A stretch of DNA of 34,111 bases, taken from assembly GCA_001275005.1 (NCBI GenBank), contig JWZX01003124.1, positions 1-34,111 of the forward strand, written 5' to 3'. This DNA comes from Chrysochromulina tobinii. Lineage: Eukaryota. Positions 30,370 through 34,111 of the stretch are shown one piece after another. Numbering within the stretch: position 1 is the stretch's first letter; every line of letters begins with the position of its first letter. The position numbers and the translations under genes are program-made. Under the pieces are notes generated by a model. It made no database searches, was not told the origin of the DNA, and saw nothing but the letters and a program-made list of their open reading frames with translations.

Positions 30370-33214
30370 ATGAACGCGCTGATCCGCGTCGGCGCGAACA
30401 CCATTAATGCCATCATGGGCGCCGCGACGCCCGCGCGGCACATTGTTGAGGATGCGCTGCGCCGCTCGAGCGGCGACGTGGGCACGGCGCTCAACCTGCT
30501 ACTCGATGCACAGCCAGAGGAAGTCTTCTCTCCGCCGCCACCGCCGCCCTCGTTCTCGCCGTATGCGGCGCCTGCGGCAGATCACGCTGCCGCCACGGCT
30601 GGCGCCTCCGGAGCCCACGCGGCTAACGCCATCGACCTGGACGACATAGATGACAGCGTGCCAGCTGTGCGTGTCCCGCCACTCGTCGCATGCTCGGCAC
30701 CGCCTGCCGCAGCACCATCACCAGCACCAGCGCCGGCACCGGCAGCGCGGCAGCCGCGAGATGGTGGCAGCCCTGCCTCCACCTCGGCCTCCGCCTCAGC
30801 CTCCGCCTCGGCCTCCGCTTCGGCCTCCGCCTGCGCGTACGCTGGTGGTGGTGCGGCCTTCACGGGCGCAAGCGCGGTCACGGGCGCGAGCGCTGCCGCC
30901 GCGGCAGTGTGGCCCAAGCTGCTCGCTCCACCAGCGGAGGTACGAGCCCTTTCTCTCTCGCGCATCCGTGAGGGCGAGGTGCTCGAGGACGAGCCTCTCA
31001 CCCTGAAACGTCAAGCCGCGCCCTCCAAGCCCGCCGCCAAGCGAGGGGGTGGAGGCGGCGGCAGCGGCGGCGGCGGCGGGCGTGGCGGTAGCGGCGGCGC
31101 GCGCGGTGGCGGCGGCGCGCGCGGCAGCGGAGCCTCCAGAGGTCCTTTCTTCAAAGCTGCGGCGCCGCCCACGAACAGCATCCTTCGCTTCTGCTCGGCG
31201 CGAGGGTCGGAGCTCGGCCGATTGCCTCTTGAGCTCGCAGAGTGCCTCGCTCCGCTCTTGGACACGCACCGGGCCTCAGTCGAGCTCTCGGCCGGCCGGC
31301 TGCCCCCCGGCGGCCTGGGCATCATGGACGCATTCCCGCTGCGCATCAAGATCTGGCTCGAGCGCGCGGCGTTCACTGACGACCTCGCCGCCGCCGCGTC
31401 CGCGGGCGTCGATGCAAGCGAGACGGCGGCCGCGGCCACGGCGCGTCGGTACGCGCTCGCTTTAAGTCGGCTGGTCCAGCATGCATGCGTCGGCTGGCCC
31501 AGCATGCATGTGCTCACCACGACGCTCTGCTCCCCACAGGTATGCGCTCAGTCGGCTGGTCCGGCAGCTCCGGCTGCCGCCCGAGATCGCCCCCGCCACC
31601 GATCCGCACGCAGGCCTCGACGTGGGAGCCGACAGCGTCGAGGTCGGCGGCGGTGGCGGCGGCGGTGGCGGCGGCGGTGGCGGCGGTGGCAGCGGCGGCG
31701 GCGGTGGCGGCGGTGGCGGTGGCGGCGGTGGCGGCGGTGGCGGCGGCGGCGAGGCGGACGAGGAGAGCCTCTCGGTCGAGCAGTTGCACTCGGTCTACCA
31801 TCAGCTGGGTTGCGACCCGACGCAGCTGAGCCGCTTTGACGCGCCGCAGCCCACCGCCCTCGCCTCGACGCTACACGAGTACCAGCGACAGGGCGTGGGA
31901 TGGATGCGCTCGCGAGAGACCCTCGGGGCGCCGGTACGGCGCTCCGAAGGCAGCGGAACTGGTGGCCCCGGCGCCAGCGGCGAGGGCGGCGGCGGCGGCG
32001 GCGGCGGCACGCTGGTCGCAGAGAGCCTGGCCCCAATGTGGGGAAAGTGGCGGCTGCAGTGCGGCACCCCTTTCTACATTCACGTGGCCTCTGGCGCCGC
32101 GAGCCTCACGCCGCCCTCGGATGCTGGCACGCCGCGCGGCGGCATCCTCGCTGACGAGATGGGACTAGGGAAGACACTGCAGGTGATTGGCACCATCTTG
32201 GCGGACCTTGAGGCTCTCGAGGGTGCGGTGGCCAACGTGGAGGCCAACGGGGATGGAAAGGCGAGCGCTCTCCAGACGGCGGATGGAAAGGCGAGCGCTC
32301 TCCAGACGGTGGATGGAGCTGCGGCAGAGGAAGCGGCGGACGAGGCGCCCACCACGGCGGACGAGGCGCCCACCACGGCGGACGAGGCGCCCACCACGGC
32401 GGACGAGGCGCCCACCACGGCGGATGAGGCGCCCACCACGGCGGAGGTGAAGCAGGAGGCGATGGCGTCGCCGCCACGCCCGCTGCCAACTTGCACTGCC
32501 TTTGACGAAGGGTACGTGAGCTCACCCGAGATTCTCTTCCGTGATGAGCAAGGCGAGTGGCAGGTTCGTCCACCGCGCAGTGCGCAGCGCCGAGCGTCGA
32601 CACCGCCGGTGCCGCAACCGAGCGCCGTGTCGAGCGAGGCAGCAAGCGCAGCCGACGCGGCAGAGGCGAAGGCGGAGGAGGTCGAGGAGGAGCGTGGGGG
32701 AGATGAGGAGGAGGTTCACGTAGGCAGGCGGCGCAGCAGCAGCGCTCGACACAGCGCTGGCCGCCGCCGCAGTGCGCACAAGCGCCGAAGGACGCATCTC
32801 GAAGAGGAGGTGGATGAGGATGAGATGGTGGGAGATGATGACGAGATGTTGGAAGCGCTCGACACAGCGTCCGACACCGCGTCACGTGCTCATCACAACG
32901 CGTCACGTGCTCGCGCATCCGCACGCGATGTGCGTGCTAATGCTGCTGCTGACGCCAGGGTAGCAGCCGCCTCCGCATGCACCGCCTCCGCGGCCTGTGC
33001 CTCCGCGGCCTGTGCCTCCGCGGCCTGTGCCTCCGCGGCCTCCGCGGCCTCCGCGGTCTCCGTGGCTCACTCGAGCTCAGAAGAGGCTTCGTCAAACTTG
33101 GCGCGCGCAGCAGAGGCTTCGTCAAGCGTGGCGCTCAACTCGGCGCGCAGCCGGCCGCGGCGCCGGTGCAGCCAACATGCCGTCTACGTCGGGCTAGATG
33201 AGAGCGACGATGAG

Positions 33215-33247
<33 letters not shown>

Positions 33248-34111
33248 CGTTGCTTGCGGAGTGGCGGCGCGCGCGCGCAGGGCAAGCGCTCACGCGATCA
33301 GCCACCGGCGGCAGCGGCGTCGGCCTCGTCAGCAGCCGCGGCGGCAGCGGGGCGTGGCGGCAAAGCGCGTGTCGGGCAGCGCACGATGACGACGCATGGT
33401 AAGGCGGCCTTGGGCGACGCAGGAGGACGACGAGTGGAAGGCGAGTAGTTCCGATGAGGAGGAGAAGGACGAGGAGGACGAGGACGACGAGGACAAGGAG
33501 GAGGACGATTTTGTGGCGCAGCCACGCCGCCGCCGCCTCAAGAGGCTCAGCCGCACCGCGCCCGCCGCCGTCGCCATCGACGCCAGTGACAGCGCTGTCC
33601 TGAGCGCTCTCTCCGCCTCGAGCCTCCCTACCGCCGCCGCCGCGCCGCATGGTCAGCAGCTTGCGATGCGCGGCGGGCGGCTGGTGGCAGATCGCTCGAG
33701 ATCGCTGGGCGCGCCGATCGGAAGCCGTTACAGCCGTCACAGCGTCTCGCGGCGGCCGGCGACCCTCATCGTGTGCCCGACGTCTCTACTCTCTCAATGG
33801 CACGAGCAATTGGCGCTGCACGTCGTCCCGCACCAGCTGAGCGTGTACGTGTACACCACGGCCAGCCGGCCCAGCATGCATGTGCTCACCACGACGCTCT
33901 GCTCCCCACAGGTACGTACACCACGGCCAGCACCGCACCAAGGACGCGGCTGTGCTCGCGGCGCACGACGTGACGCTCACCACATATGGCGTACTCGCGT
34001 CCGAGTTTGCCGCCTCCAAGGCCAACCAGCAGCACGAAGAGGTCGGCGGGGGCGGCAGCGCCGTCGCGGGCGCCAGCGCCGTCGCGGGCGCCGGCCACAA
34101 GGCGAGTGGAG
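30370..34111 (+). CDS. RAD5: RAD5/HLTF-like SNF2-family DNA repair helicase, 5' part (UBA-like, HIRAN, ATPase motifs Q/I/Ia); runs off the window
   Basis: Exons 30370-31448, 31540-33844 (apparent +1 frameshift in 33390-33445), 33912->34111. ILRFCSARGSELGRLP (HIRAN), LHEYQRQGVGWM, RGGILADEMGLGKT, TLIVCPTSLLSQW, spliced VYVHHG..DVTLTTYGVLASEF. Confidence 0.88.
31449..31539 (+). mobile_element. Introner-like intron, copy 1 of a shared 44-nt 3' module
   Basis: 31496-31539 is identical to 33868-33911; the 5' part copies the downstream exon. Mobility is inferred. Confidence 0.6.
31645..31750 (+). repeat. (GGC/GGT)n microsatellite encoding poly-Gly
   Basis: Directly visible and in frame with the RAD5-like exon 2. 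Confidence 0.9.
32336..32440 (+). repeat. Coding minisatellite, 21 nt x5 (ADEAPTT)
   Basis: gcggacgaggcgcccaccacg repeated five times inside the RAD5-like gene, with one silent variant. Confidence 0.92.
33845..33911 (+). mobile_element. Introner-like intron, copy 2 of a shared 44-nt 3' module
   Basis: GTACGT(GT)ACACCACGGCCAGC duplicates the first 20 nt of the next exon, followed by the shared module. Mobility is inferred. Confidence 0.6.

Noticed and set aside
33399..33422. GTAAG...GCAG 24-nt micro-intron as a fix for the RAD5 frameshift
   Set aside because: Its length is a multiple of three, so it cannot restore the frame.
1..34111. tRNA, rRNA or snRNA genes
   Set aside because: None recognised by eye; a tRNAscan-SE/Infernal run is needed to exclude them.

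Overview
GC-rich, gene-dense eukaryotic nuclear DNA with short GT-AG introns. A bipartite plastid-targeting leader and the intron style suggest an alga with a secondary plastid, probably a haptophyte (Chrysochromulina-like); this is inference. About 17 protein genes were reconstructed by hand: a 4x Tudor-like protein, a PITH protein, two long coiled-coil proteins, an aquaporin, a multi-TM protein, a membrane-anchored spermidine synthase, a START/SRPBCC protein, a GT61 glycosyltransferase plus a second Cys-module gene in a lower-GC island, a recombinase-domain/AT-hook/PB1 protein, a homogentisate prenyltransferase, an R2R3-MYB, a RAD5-like SNF2 helicase (cut by the window end), and three hypothetical proteins. 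The most striking signal is in the introns. Several begin with a copy of the downstream exon, two introns of one gene share an identical 44-nt 3' module, one contains a 55-nt copy of its own spliced exon-exon junction, and six are built from a sense-oriented ~10-nt repeat. Together these suggest an active intron-creating process (introner-like element or templated break repair). Several apparent +1 frameshifts are most likely assembly errors. All domain calls come from motif recognition; no searches were run.
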